The notes beneath the pieces are model-generated. The model was not told where the DNA came from, did not search any database, and saw nothing but the letters and a program-made list of their open reading frames with translations. A stretch of DNA of 64,000 nt from contig JASLXG010000048.1 of NCBI GenBank assembly GCA_030740435.1, positions 7,701-71,700 of the forward strand. Direction: 5' to 3'. The DNA comes from Alphaproteobacteria bacterium. Its GTDB lineage: Bacteria; Pseudomonadota; Alphaproteobacteria; UBA2966. Position 1 is the first letter of the stretch. Each line of letters begins with the position of its first letter. The translations under genes were made by a program, and so were the position numbers. Shown here piece by piece: positions 1 to 9,209 of this stretch.

Positions 1-827
1 CCTCGACCTGCTTCGTCGGCGCCATGACGCCCTTCCTGCTCAAGCTGCCGCCCAGCAACCGCGATCAGGAGCACCCCATGAGGGTGGGGGTAACGATTCC
101 CTGGAACGAGGATTCGCTGCGGTTGGGCCAGCGCTACGGCATCGAGATGCGCACCGCCTTCAACATGACGGAGATCTCGGCGCCCATCGTCTCGGAGCCC
201 AATCCGCCCCAGATCGGCACCGCCGGCAAGCCCCGGCCCGGCATGGAGGTGCGGGTGGTCGACGAAAACGACTGCGAGGTGGCGCCGGGCGTGGTGGGCG
301 AGCTGATGGTGCGCAGCGATCGGCCCTGGGCGCTCAATCACGGCTATTACAAGGACCCCGAGGCCACGGCCCAGGCCTGGCGCAACGGCTGGTTCCATAC
401 CGGCGACGCCTTTCGCTACGACGACGAGGGCAATTTCTTCTTCGTCGACCGCATCAAGGACGCCATTCGGCGACGCGGCGAGAACATCTCGTCCTTCGAG
501 GTCGAGTCCGAGGTTACGCTGCACCCCGACGTGGGCGAAGCAGCCGCCATCCCGGTGCCCAGCGAGTTCAGCGAGGACGAGGTCATGGTGGTGGTGGCCC
601 CGGTGCCGGGGCGCGAGGTCGAGCCCGAGGCGCTTTTTCACTTTCTCGAGCCGCGCCTGGCCCACTTCATGCTGCCGCGCTACATCAGGATCGTCGACGA
701 CTTGCCCAAGACGCCGACCCAGAAGATCCAGAAACACCTGTTGCGCGACGACGGCGTGACGGCAGCGACCTGGGACCGCGAGGTCGCCGGCATCAAGGTC
801 AAGCGCGAACGCATCGGCGACGGCTGA
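1..827 (+). CDS. AMP-dependent acyl-CoA synthetase/ligase, C-terminal fragment (gene starts upstream of the window)
   Basis: Translation contains the C-terminal AMP-binding-enzyme signatures (GELMVRS, WFHTGD, DRIKD, PKTPTQKIQK). The frame is open to the window edge, so the N-terminus lies outside. Confidence 0.7.
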   Translation, partial: STCFVGAMTPFLLKLPPSNRDQEHPMRVGVTIPWNEDSLRLGQRYGIEMRTAFNMTEISAPIVSEPNPPQIGTAGKPRPGMEVRVVDENDCEVAPGVVGELMVRSDRPWALNHGYYKDPEATAQAWRNGWFHTGDAFRYDDEGNFFFVDRIKDAIRRRGENISSFEVESEVTLHPDVGEAAAIPVPSEFSEDEVMVVVAPVPGREVEPEALFHFLEPRLAHFMLPRYIRIVDDLPKTPTQKIQKHLLRDDGVTAATWDREVAGIKVKRERIGDG

Positions 828-840
828 CCGGAACCTCACC

Positions 841-1893
841 ATGTCCCAGAACGCTTTTCGCATCGCCGTGATGCCCGGCGACGGCATCGGTCCCGAGGTC
901 ATGGCGCCGACGCTGGCGCTGCTCGACGCCGTGGCCGCCCGGGTTGGCGGTTTTGCCTTTCACTTCGAGCACCACGCCGTCGGTGCCGGGGCTTACCTGG
1001 AAAGCGGCACGGCGCTGAGCGACGAGGCTCTGGCGGGGGCCGAGGCCGCCGACGCCATGCTGTTCGGCGCCGCCGGTGATCCCGGCGTGCGCTACCCCGA
1101 CGGCACCGAGATCGGACCGCAGCTCACGCTGCGCGAGACTTTCGGGCTTTATGCCGGGGTGCGGCCGATCCGCGCGCTGCCCGGCGGCCCGACGGTGCTG
1201 GCCGATCCGCGGGGCCGCGACATTGACCTGGTCATCGTGCGCGAATCCACCGAGGGCCTATTCGCCTCGCGCCGTTTGGGCACGGTCGAGGACGACGTCG
1301 CCCGCGGCGTCATGGAGATCACGCGGGCGACATCCGAGAAGCTTTTCGATTTCAGTTTTGCGCTGGCCCACCGGCGCCGAGCCCGGGGCCGGCCCGGCCG
1401 GGTGACCTGTGTCGACAAATCCAACGTCATTACGGCACTCGCCTTCTTTCGCGCCATCTTCGACCAGAGCGCGGCGGAGCATCCCGGGATCACGGCCGAC
1501 CACGCCTACATCGATGCCACGGCGCTCGATCTGGTGCGCCAGCCCTGGAACTTCGACGTGCTGGTGACCGAGAACATGTTCGGCGACATCCTCTCCGACC
1601 TGGGCGCCGGCCTGATCGGCGGCATGGGATTCGCCCCCTCGGCCGACATCGGCGACCGGCACGCGGTCTTTCAGCCCTGCCACGGCTCCGCCCCCGACAT
1701 CGCCGGCCAGGGCCTGGCCAATCCCACGGCGATGTTCCTCTCGGCCGCCCTGATGCTCGACTGGCTGGGCCGGCGCCATGGCCTCGAGGCCTGCCACCAA
1801 GCCGCCGAGCTGATCGAGGCGGCGGTCGACGGCAGCCCCGCCGGCACGGCCGCGGTGACCGGCGCCGTCATGGCGCGCCTTGGCACCACATGA
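841..1893 (+). CDS. isocitrate/isopropylmalate dehydrogenase family protein (tartrate dehydrogenase/3-IPM dehydrogenase-like)
   Basis: 350 aa. N-terminal IAV(M)PGDGIGPEV nucleotide-binding motif and the family's central and C-terminal blocks (NMFGDILSD, GSAPDIAG). Confidence 0.75.
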   Translation: MSQNAFRIAVMPGDGIGPEVMAPTLALLDAVAARVGGFAFHFEHHAVGAGAYLESGTALSDEALAGAEAADAMLFGAAGDPGVRYPDGTEIGPQLTLRETFGLYAGVRPIRALPGGPTVLADPRGRDIDLVIVRESTEGLFASRRLGTVEDDVARGVMEITRATSEKLFDFSFALAHRRRARGRPGRVTCVDKSNVITALAFFRAIFDQSAAEHPGITADHAYIDATALDLVRQPWNFDVLVTENMFGDILSDLGAGLIGGMGFAPSADIGDRHAVFQPCHGSAPDIAGQGLANPTAMFLSAALMLDWLGRRHGLEACHQAAELIEAAVDGSPAGTAAVTGAVMARLGTT

Positions 1894-1944
1894 GATGGCG
1901 GACCGCCTGCCTGTTAGGTCCCTGCCCTCGAAACTCCGAAACCC

Positions 1945-3192
1945 TTAGGCCGGCTGTAGGGCCGGAGTCTGGCGGTTGAAGCGCACCAAGAGGGTGCCGA
2001 CGATGGCGAGATTGAGGATGTTGAAGGCGACGCCCACGGTAAAGGCGATCTGGTACGAAGCCGTGAGATCGAAGATGAGACCGCCCAGCCAGCCGCCCAG
2101 CGCCATACCGATGGTGCCGAAAAGGTAGATCACGCCAAGCCGCCAGCCGCTCTCGCCGGCCGGGTAGAGGTCACGAATGATCATCGTATAGGTCGGCACG
2201 ATACCGCCGAAGCTGAGGCCAAACAGCGCCGCCACCAAGTAGAGGGCGCCCAGGCTCTCGGCCATGGTAAAGAGCGTCAGCGTGATGGCCTGCAGGCTGG
2301 CGCTGATGAACAGCGTGCGCAAGGACCCGATTCGGTCGCAAAGCGCCCCGAAGCCGATGCGGCTCGCGGTGCCGCAGGCCAGCAGCACGGCCAGCATCTC
2401 GGCCGCCCGGGCCGTGGGGTGGCCGAGATCGCTGGCGTGGGCGACGACATGCACCATGGGCATAGCCATGGCGACGCAGCAGCCGATGATGGCCAGGCTC
2501 AGAAGCCCCAGCACCAGGTTGGGCTTGAACCCCAGCACGCGCCCCTCCTCGCCGCCGGCCGGCGCCGTGGCGGCAACCTCGGCCAGCGGCGGCGGCCGGC
2601 GGAAAATCAGGCACATGGGCAGCATGGCGGCCAAGGCCAAGAGGCCGAGCAGGAAATAGCTCTGGCGCCAGCCGTAGTTTTCCATGACGTAGCGAAAGAG
2701 CGGCGGCCAGATCACGCCGCCGACGGACTGGCCGCTGATGACGATGGCCACGGCAACGCCCCGGTAGCGCTGGAACCAGTGCGTCACGTTGGCCACCAGC
2801 GGCGAAAACATGACGCCGTTGCCCAGCAGCCCGAGCAGCACCGCATGCACCAGCAGCAGACTCACGGGCCCCTCGCTGAAACCCGCCGCCAGGGCGCCCA
2901 GACCGACGCCGAACGAGCCCAGCAGCGCCGGCTTGAGCATGCCGACGCGATCCGACCAGCGGCCCATGGCGATGCCGCCGATGCCCATGCCCAGCATGAC
3001 CAGCGAAAAGCCCGCCGAGGGCACCCAGCGCGGCACCGCGAACTCGGCGGCGATGGTCTTCAGGCCCACCACCACGCCGTAAGTGCTACCGACGGCAAAG
3101 CTCATCAGCAACATCGAGAGCAGGGCCACGGTCCAGGCGTAGCCCCGATCGACGGCCGATGGGGCCGATTTTTCCCAAATGCGCGGGCTCAT
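1945..3192 (-). CDS. MFS transporter
   Basis: Twelve hydrophobic segments with MFS-like loop motifs. Start trimmed from the track ORF (1945..3357) to the ATG encoding MSPRIWEK at 3192, which precedes the first TM helix. Confidence 0.7.
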   Translation of the reverse strand: MSPRIWEKSAPSAVDRGYAWTVALLSMLLMSFAVGSTYGVVVGLKTIAAEFAVPRWVPSAGFSLVMLGMGIGGIAMGRWSDRVGMLKPALLGSFGVGLGALAAGFSEGPVSLLLVHAVLLGLLGNGVMFSPLVANVTHWFQRYRGVAVAIVISGQSVGGVIWPPLFRYVMENYGWRQSYFLLGLLALAAMLPMCLIFRRPPPLAEVAATAPAGGEEGRVLGFKPNLVLGLLSLAIIGCCVAMAMPMVHVVAHASDLGHPTARAAEMLAVLLACGTASRIGFGALCDRIGSLRTLFISASLQAITLTLFTMAESLGALYLVAALFGLSFGGIVPTYTMIIRDLYPAGESGWRLGVIYLFGTIGMALGGWLGGLIFDLTASYQIAFTVGVAFNILNLAIVGTLLVRFNRQTPALQPA

Positions 3193-3200
3193 GGCCGGTC

Positions 3201-4421
3201 TCAAGCGGCCTGGGCCACTATGCCGCCCCGGCCCTGGCGGCGCTCGCGGCCCAGCAGCATGCCGATGATGACCAGATGGCCGATGTTGAAGACCACGCCC
3301 AGCGCGAAGGCCCACTGGTAGGAGGCCCAAACGTCGAAGACGAAGCCGCCCAGCCAACCGCCCAGACCGGCGCCCACGGTCCCGAACAGCATGATCACGC
3401 CGATCCGCCAGCCGCTTTCGGCGGCGGCAAAATGGTCGCGGATGATCAGGGTGTAAAGCGGCACGATGCCGCCAAAGCTGAGGCCAAACAGGACCGACAA
3501 GAGGTAAAGCCCGGCCAGGCCGTCGACGAAGAGATAAAAAGACAGCACCAGGGCCTGAAAACCCGAAGCCACGAGCATCGCCTTAAAGGCGCCGATGCGA
3601 TCGGCCAGCAGCCCGAAGGCCAGCCGGCTGGCGGTGCCGAAGGCCAGCAGCACGGCCAACATCTCGGCCGCCCGGGCAGTCGGGTGGCCGAGATCGCTGG
3701 CATGGGCGACGATGTGCACCATGGGCAGCGCCATGGGCACGCAACAGGCCACGATGGCCAGGCACAAGAGACCGAAGAGCAGGTTGAGCGGGAACTCCAG
3801 CGGTCGCTCGCTGCCCGCCCCGGCCGCCTCGGTCGCCGCCGCTTGCATCGGCCGCCGGCGGCGCAGCAGCAGGCAAAGCGGCAGCATGGCAACCACTACC
3901 AGGCCATACCAAAGATAGGTCTCACGCCAGCCCGTCTCGTCGATGGAGTAACGAAAAACAGGCGGCCACAAGGCGCCGCCGAGGCTCTGGCCGCTGATCA
4001 CCATGGCCACGGCCAGGCCGCGGCGGCGTTCGAACCAGTGCGTGATATTGGCCACCAGCGGCGCGAACAGGGCGCCGTTGCCGAAAAAGCCGAGCAGCAA
4101 GGCCTGGGCCAGAACGAAGGTCAGCGGCCCGCTGCTGGCCCACACCGCCAACGCCCCCAGCCCGAGGCCCAAGCTTCCCACCAGCGCCGGTCCGAACATG
4201 TCGGCCCGGTCCGACCAGCGGCCGAAGACGATGCCGCCGAGGCCAATGCCCAGCATCAACAGGGCATAGCCAGCCGAAGGCACCCAGCGCGGCACGGCCA
4301 GGTCCAGCGCCACCGGCTTGAGGGCCACGACGATGCCGTACATGCCGCCGCTGGCCAGCACCATGAGCAGCAGCGAACCGCCCGCCACCGCCCAGGCATA
4401 GCCGCGATCAGTGGCGCTCAA
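3201..4421 (-). CDS. MFS transporter (paralog of the adjacent MFS gene)
   Basis: 406 aa polytopic membrane protein. It is collinear in sequence with the 1945..3192 product (RGYAW..., VPRWVPSAG..., FRY... blocks shared). Its start codon overlaps the stop of the upstream acyl-CoA synthetase by 4 bp. Confidence 0.75.
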   Translation of the reverse strand: MSATDRGYAWAVAGGSLLLMVLASGGMYGIVVALKPVALDLAVPRWVPSAGYALLMLGIGLGGIVFGRWSDRADMFGPALVGSLGLGLGALAVWASSGPLTFVLAQALLLGFFGNGALFAPLVANITHWFERRRGLAVAMVISGQSLGGALWPPVFRYSIDETGWRETYLWYGLVVVAMLPLCLLLRRRRPMQAAATEAAGAGSERPLEFPLNLLFGLLCLAIVACCVPMALPMVHIVAHASDLGHPTARAAEMLAVLLAFGTASRLAFGLLADRIGAFKAMLVASGFQALVLSFYLFVDGLAGLYLLSVLFGLSFGGIVPLYTLIIRDHFAAAESGWRIGVIMLFGTVGAGLGGWLGGFVFDVWASYQWAFALGVVFNIGHLVIIGMLLGRERRQGRGGIVAQAA

Positions 4422-6079
4422 GCGCCGCTCTCCGGGGTCAATTCCTTGGCCATCTCGCGCAGCTTGAATTTCTGGATCTTGCCCGACGGCGTGCGGGGAA
4501 ATTCGGCGACTATCTCGAGCCTTTCGGGCAGGTAGTTGCGGGCGATCTTGCCCTCGTTGAGGAAGGCCACCATGGCCTCGAAGTCGAGGCTCTGGCCGTC
4601 CCTGAGCTGCACGAAGGCGCAGCCCCGCTCGCCCAGACGCTCATCCGGCATGCCCACCACGGCCACGTCCTGCACCGCCGGATGGCGGTAGATCAGTTCC
4701 TCGACCTCGACCACCGGCACGTTTTCGCCGCCGCGGATGATGACGTCTTTCGAGCGCCCCGTGATGCGGATGTAGCCCTCGTCGTCAATGTGGGCCAGAT
4801 CGCCGGTCTCGAACCAGCCCTCGGCGTCGGTGCCGTGGAGTTCGGGCCGCTTGAGGTAGCCTACGAAGGAGGCGTGGCCGCGGGCCTGCAGGCGTCCCTC
4901 CCGGTAGTTTGGCAGAGGCCGGTCCTGATCGTCGACCACCCGCACCTCGAGACCGTCGAGCGGCAGGCCGTCGGTTTCGGCCGCTTTCTCCGGCCGATCC
5001 TCGGGCCGGGTGGTGGTGAAGGCGCCGTTCTCGGACATGCCCCAGCAGGAAACGATGGTGACGCCAAGCTTCTCGCGCGCCCTTTGCACCAAGGCCGGCG
5101 GGATGGGAGCGCCTGCGCATAGAAAAGTGTGCAGCGATTCCAGTTCGTGATCGCCCGCTGCCGCGACTTCCGTGAGATCGGCCAGGAAGGGTGTCGAAGC
5201 CATGGTGAAGGTGACGCCCTCGGCGGCGATCAGCCGGGCCGCCCGGTGGGGGTCCCAGACGTCCTGTAGAACGCCCGTGGCCTGCATCATGATGGGCATC
5301 ACCAGGCCGTAGAGGAACCCGGTCTGATGCGCCACCGGCGAGGCCATGAGGACAACGTCGTCGGAGCCCAGGCCGAGGCGCTTGACATAGAGTTCGACGC
5401 CGCCGTGCAGCGTGTTGGCGGTATGCAGCACGCCCTTGGGCTCGCCCGTGGTACCCGAGGTGTAGAGCACCTCGATGACCTCGTTGGGGCTCGGTCGGCG
5501 CTCGGCGAAGATCGCCTGGGCGTCCAATTCGTCCTCCCAGCGGCGCTCGATGAACTGTGCCTCGAAAGAATTCTCGCCCTCGCCGCAGACGGCAAAAACG
5601 TGCTCGAGTTTGGGCAGCTCGGGACGCACGTCGGCGATCATTTCCGGGTAATCGAAGGCCCGGAAGCTTTGCGGCACGAAGATGGCCCGGGATTCGTTCA
5701 GCCCCAGCATGAAACCGAGCTCGCGCTGGCGGAAGATCGGCATCAAGGGATTGGTGACGGCGCCGATGCGCATACACGCCATGTGCAGCGCCGGAAACTG
5801 CCACCAGTTGGGCAATTGGATCGAGACCACGTCGCCCGGCTCGATGCCATGGCCCACCAAGCCCAGCGCGATGCGCGTCACCATGGTGTCGAACTCGGCA
5901 TAGCTGTGCCGCGTGGTCTGGCCCAAAGTGCTGTTGAGGCCGATGTAAGCAGGATGGTCGGGACGCGCCGCCACGGCGGCGTCGAGATAGTCGATGACCA
6001 GCTTGTCCAGCCAATGTCCGGCCGCCGCCATGGCGTCGATACGGGCCTTGGGCAGGATACACTCGATCGCCATCACCAC
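4418..6079 (-). CDS. acyl-CoA synthetase (AMP-forming)
   Basis: 553 aa with AMP-binding motifs (YTSGTTGEPKGV, GWFETGD, GRSKD, PRTPSGKIQK). First gene of an apparent synthetase-MFS-MFS operon. Confidence 0.8.
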   Translation of the reverse strand: MVMAIECILPKARIDAMAAAGHWLDKLVIDYLDAAVAARPDHPAYIGLNSTLGQTTRHSYAEFDTMVTRIALGLVGHGIEPGDVVSIQLPNWWQFPALHMACMRIGAVTNPLMPIFRQRELGFMLGLNESRAIFVPQSFRAFDYPEMIADVRPELPKLEHVFAVCGEGENSFEAQFIERRWEDELDAQAIFAERRPSPNEVIEVLYTSGTTGEPKGVLHTANTLHGGVELYVKRLGLGSDDVVLMASPVAHQTGFLYGLVMPIMMQATGVLQDVWDPHRAARLIAAEGVTFTMASTPFLADLTEVAAAGDHELESLHTFLCAGAPIPPALVQRAREKLGVTIVSCWGMSENGAFTTTRPEDRPEKAAETDGLPLDGLEVRVVDDQDRPLPNYREGRLQARGHASFVGYLKRPELHGTDAEGWFETGDLAHIDDEGYIRITGRSKDVIIRGGENVPVVEVEELIYRHPAVQDVAVVGMPDERLGERGCAFVQLRDGQSLDFEAMVAFLNEGKIARNYLPERLEIVAEFPRTPSGKIQKFKLREMAKELTPESGA

Positions 6080-6112
6080 TCCTCCCTGTGATCTTGCGCC
6101 CTATGACACACA

Positions 6113-6131
6113 AAAGGCTGGCTTTTGCCAA
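6113..6131. promoter_or_regulatory. perfect palindrome TTTGCCA-A-TGGCAAA upstream of the acyl-CoA synthetase operon
   Basis: Read directly in the sequence (gcttttgccaatggcaaagc), about 35-50 bp upstream of the synthetase start at 6079. It could be an operator or a hairpin at the 3' end of the gene above. Confidence 0.3.
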
Positions 6132-6167
6132 TGGCAAAGCAGCAGAAAATCGTTGAGCCGCGCCGAG

Positions 6168-6992
6168 CTATCGGGCTTGCGGCCTGAGGACGGCACGGAA
6201 ATGGGCGTTGGCGCGGCGCCGCGCGGCGCTGGCCGTGGTGGCGTCGAACTTCCAGGCGATCTTGCCGGACAGGCTGCGGTGGCGCGAGGAAAAGCGCTGC
6301 TCGCCCCGCTTGTCGAAGCCGTGGTACTGGCCGGGAAAGACCTGCACCTGGGCCAGGCCCGGGCGGCTGGCGGCCCAGCGCGGACAGCGCCGGGCGCCGC
6401 CGTTGAAGTCGCGGGCGCCGATCAGGATCAACAGCGGCCCCTGCCCCTGGGCCCGGCCGGAGCCGCCCTGGCTGCATTCGGGGTAGAAGGCAACGCTGAC
6501 CGAAAACCCCGCCTCGCCGCCGCGCAGCCAGTCGCGGCGCAGCGTTTCCTGGCTGGCCAGCAACACAACCTCGGCGCCCGCCGCGAAACCCAGCAAACCG
6601 ATGCGCAGAGGATCGACCCGGCCCTGGCGGCGCAGCGCCCGCAGTGCCCCGAAGACGTGGCGCACCAGGATCTTGGGCGCCGGCGCCTGGCTGTCGCGCA
6701 CATAGCCGCCGCGCTTGAAGTCGAGCTCCAAGACGGCGATGCCATCGTCCAAGAGCGCCCCGCCGTGATAGGCATAGCGCCGGTCCGGCCCCTCGACGGC
6801 GTGCAGCATGATTACCGCCGGCACCAGCACGGCACCACCGCGCGGCAGCCGCAGGATTGCGCCGAAGGTGCGCGAGATGCGTTCGTCGGCGCTTTTGAAG
6901 CTGAAGTCGAGGCGGCTTTGGGCGCCCACGGGTGGCGCCACTAGCGCCGCCGCCAGCGAAAGGGCAAGAAAACAGCCAATGCGGTTTCTCAT
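6168..6992 (-). CDS. dienelactone hydrolase family protein, secreted
   Basis: Start trimmed to MRNRIGCFLALSLAAALVAPPVGAQS, a signal peptide. The body is alpha/beta hydrolase-like (ILVRHVFGALRALR, GLLGFAAGA, HGFD). Confidence 0.55.
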   Translation of the reverse strand: MRNRIGCFLALSLAAALVAPPVGAQSRLDFSFKSADERISRTFGAILRLPRGGAVLVPAVIMLHAVEGPDRRYAYHGGALLDDGIAVLELDFKRGGYVRDSQAPAPKILVRHVFGALRALRRQGRVDPLRIGLLGFAAGAEVVLLASQETLRRDWLRGGEAGFSVSVAFYPECSQGGSGRAQGQGPLLILIGARDFNGGARRCPRWAASRPGLAQVQVFPGQYHGFDKRGEQRFSSRHRSLSGKIAWKFDATTASAARRRANAHFRAVLRPQAR

Positions 6993-6993
6993 C

Positions 6994-7479
6994 TCACACC
7001 CCCACCACGCCGTAGATCCCGACACCGATGATGAAGGGCCCCGCCTGCAGCAGGAAACTCGCCTTGGGCTGCAGCTTCCGGGTGCAGGGATTATACCAGG
7101 TGTACTGGATCCAGGCCCGGCCGCGGCGTTGCACAAGTCGCAAGCCCTCCTGGAAGATGGAGCGGCCGTCCGGGTCGCGGCTGCCCAACACGTTGGAACC
7201 GATCAGCTCGGGAAAACGCCCGTTCACCCACATCAGACCCTCCAGGTCGAAGACGAAAACATAGAGGTCGCGCTCCATGAAGCCGGCAGCGGGATCGAGG
7301 AAGCCGGCAAAGGCCGCCTCGGGACCCAGCCGGCGCAGGTGCTCGGCGGCGCGTTGGGCCAGGGCCTCGGCCTCCTGCGGCGTTCCGGGGCGCCGGCAGG
7401 GTCCCTCGGCCGGGGCCGGCGCGGCGCCCAGCATAAACACCAGGACCAAGCCCAGCGCCACGGTCAAGAGCTTGCGCAT
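6994..7479 (-). CDS. standalone periplasmic single-Cache (sCache_2-like) domain protein
   Basis: Start trimmed to MRKLLTVALGLVLVFMLGAAPAPAEG, a signal peptide. Body motif YVFVFDLEGLMWVNGRFPELIGSNVLGSRDPDGRSIFQEG...GRAWIQYTWYNP fits a single Cache sensor fold. No TM or output domain follows. Its stop abuts the start of the hydrolase gene. Confidence 0.45.
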   Translation of the reverse strand: MRKLLTVALGLVLVFMLGAAPAPAEGPCRRPGTPQEAEALAQRAAEHLRRLGPEAAFAGFLDPAAGFMERDLYVFVFDLEGLMWVNGRFPELIGSNVLGSRDPDGRSIFQEGLRLVQRRGRAWIQYTWYNPCTRKLQPKASFLLQAGPFIIGVGIYGVVGV

Positions 7480-7510
7480 GCCACCCTCCGGCAAGCGATA
7501 CCGGCGCTTA

Positions 7511-7612
7511 TTGTGGCGCCGCCGGGGCAGGCACACAAGGCCGCCCGAGCGGCTGCTGGGGATCGCTTTGCGGCTTTTCAAAGGCCGTCTTCCCTATCTA
7601 TTGTGGCGCCTT
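7511..7612. promoter_or_regulatory. two exact 12-bp direct repeats TATTGTGGCGCC (7511-7522 and 7601-7612) in the divergent cache/mttB intergenic region
   Basis: Seen directly. Identical 12-mers with start positions 90 bp apart, both inside the 153-bp divergent promoter region. Confidence 0.35.
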
Positions 7613-7632
7613 GTCAGGCAAGGATTAGAGCC

Positions 7633-9168
7633 ATGAGGCGGGATCAACGCAAAACCGACCGGCGCCGGGCAGGTGGGCAGCAAGGCGGCGCACCGACCCA
7701 AGCGGCCTGGCGCCAGCCGCGCAACCCCTATCGCCCCCAGGAGATCTTTTCGGCCGACCAGATCGAGGCCATCCACGCCGCCTCGCTGATCGTGCTGCAG
7801 GACATCGGCATCAATTTCCTGCTGCCCGAAGCCTGCGAGCTGTGGCGCCGCGCCGGTGCCGCGGTCGAGGGCGATGGCCCGCGGGTGCGCTTCGAGGCGG
7901 GCCTGATCGAAAGCCTGATAGGCAGCCTGCCGGAGCGCTTCACGCTGCACGCCCGCAACGCCGAGCGCCACCTCGAACTGGGCGGCGACGCCGTCGCCTT
8001 CTCCGTGGTCAGCAGTGCCCCCAACGTCAGCGACCTGGAGCGCGGCCGCCGGCCGGGCAACTTCGCCGACTTTTGCGACCTCCTGCGCCTGGCCCAGGCG
8101 CTCAACGTCTGCCACCTGATCGGCGGCTATCCGGTCGAGCCCATCGACCTGGATCCGGCGACCCGCCATCTCGACGCCGTGGCCGCCATGCTGCGCCTCA
8201 GCGACAAGGTGGTGCAGGGCTACGCGCTGGACCGCCAACGCATGGCCGACGCCATCGAGATGGTGCGCATCGCCCGGGGCCTTGGCGATTACGAGCTCGA
8301 GCAGCAACCCAGCCTCTATACCGTGGTCAACGCCAACTCGCCGCTGCAGTACGACAATCTCATGCTCGAAGGCATGATGGAAATGGCCAGGCACAACCAG
8401 CCGGTCGTGGTGACGCCTTTCACCCTGGCCGGAGCCATGGCGCCGGTGACGCTGCCGGGCGCCCTGGTGCAGCAGAACGCCGAAGCCCTGGCCGGCCTGG
8501 CTTTTACCCAGGTGGTGCGGCCGGGCGCTCCGGCGGTCTATGGTTCTTTCACCTCCAACGTCGACATGAAAAGCGGCGCCCCGGCCTTCGGCACCCCCGA
8601 ATACGCCATGGCCACCATCGCCAGCGGCCAGCTGGCACGGCGCTACAAGGTGCCGCTGAGGACCTCCAACGCCACCGCCGCCAACGCCCCCGACGCCCAG
8701 GCGGCCTATGAATCGCAGATGTCGATCTGGAGCTCGCTGCTGGCCGGCGGCCACATGCTCAAGCACGGCCTGGGCTGGCTCGAGGGTGGGCTTTGCGCCT
8801 CCTTCGAGAAAGTGGTGATCGATGCCGAAATGCTGCAGATGATGTCCGCCTTCCTCGAGCCGCCAAGCATCGATAGCGCCAGTCTGGCTCTCGAGGCGAT
8901 GCGCGAGGTGGGACCGGGCGGCCACTACTTCGGCGCCGCCCACACCCTGGAGCGCTACGACAACGCCTTCTACCAGCCGCTGCTTTCGGATTGGCGCAAC
9001 TTCGAGAGCTGGAGCGAAGACGGCGCCCGCGACGCCACCCAGCGCGCCCACGGCATCTGGCAGATGCTGCTGGCGGAGTACGTCGAACCGGCCATGGACC
9101 CGGCCGTGGCCGAGGAACTCGAGGCCTTCGTGGCGCGGCGCAAAGCCGAGGGCGGCGCCACCGCCTGA
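7633..9168 (+). CDS. trimethylamine methyltransferase (MttB) family protein, non-Pyl quaternary amine/betaine:corrinoid methyltransferase-like
   Basis: 512 aa; conserved MttB-family blocks (IHAASLIVLQDIGINF, TPFTLAGAMAPVTLPGALVQQNAEAL, ERYDNAFYQPLLSDWRNFESW). Start trimmed from the 6808..9168 track ORF, whose 5' part is antisense to two minus-strand genes. Confidence 0.8.
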   Translation: MRRDQRKTDRRRAGGQQGGAPTQAAWRQPRNPYRPQEIFSADQIEAIHAASLIVLQDIGINFLLPEACELWRRAGAAVEGDGPRVRFEAGLIESLIGSLPERFTLHARNAERHLELGGDAVAFSVVSSAPNVSDLERGRRPGNFADFCDLLRLAQALNVCHLIGGYPVEPIDLDPATRHLDAVAAMLRLSDKVVQGYALDRQRMADAIEMVRIARGLGDYELEQQPSLYTVVNANSPLQYDNLMLEGMMEMARHNQPVVVTPFTLAGAMAPVTLPGALVQQNAEALAGLAFTQVVRPGAPAVYGSFTSNVDMKSGAPAFGTPEYAMATIASGQLARRYKVPLRTSNATAANAPDAQAAYESQMSIWSSLLAGGHMLKHGLGWLEGGLCASFEKVVIDAEMLQMMSAFLEPPSIDSASLALEAMREVGPGGHYFGAAHTLERYDNAFYQPLLSDWRNFESWSEDGARDATQRAHGIWQMLLAEYVEPAMDPAVAEELEAFVARRKAEGGATA

Positions 9169-9209
9169 ACGATTCCCACCAAGCCTGAATCGCACTATCG
9201 TCGGCCCCC

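Noticed and set aside
2419-4535. Long plus-strand ORFs (2419..3321, 3159..4535 and others) running through the MFS genes
   Set aside because: They are antisense to clearly recognisable MFS transporter genes. Their His/Gln/Arg/Ala-rich, low-complexity translations are typical GC-rich shadow ORFs.
4785-6137. 450-aa minus-strand ORF in an alternative frame of the acyl-CoA synthetase gene
   Set aside because: It lies in a different frame of the same strand as a well-supported AMP-ligase. Its Arg/Gly/Pro-rich product has no domain signal.
6808-7632. 5' 825 bp of the 786-aa track ORF 6808..9168
   Set aside because: It overlaps two convincing minus-strand genes (dienelactone hydrolase, Cache protein). 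The MttB homology only begins at the ATG at 7633.
7594-9195. 533-aa minus-strand ORF antisense to mttB, and a similar antisense ORF at 14740..15840 opposite the mutase
   Set aside because: Both are antisense to strongly supported genes and have low-complexity G/A/R/H-rich translations.
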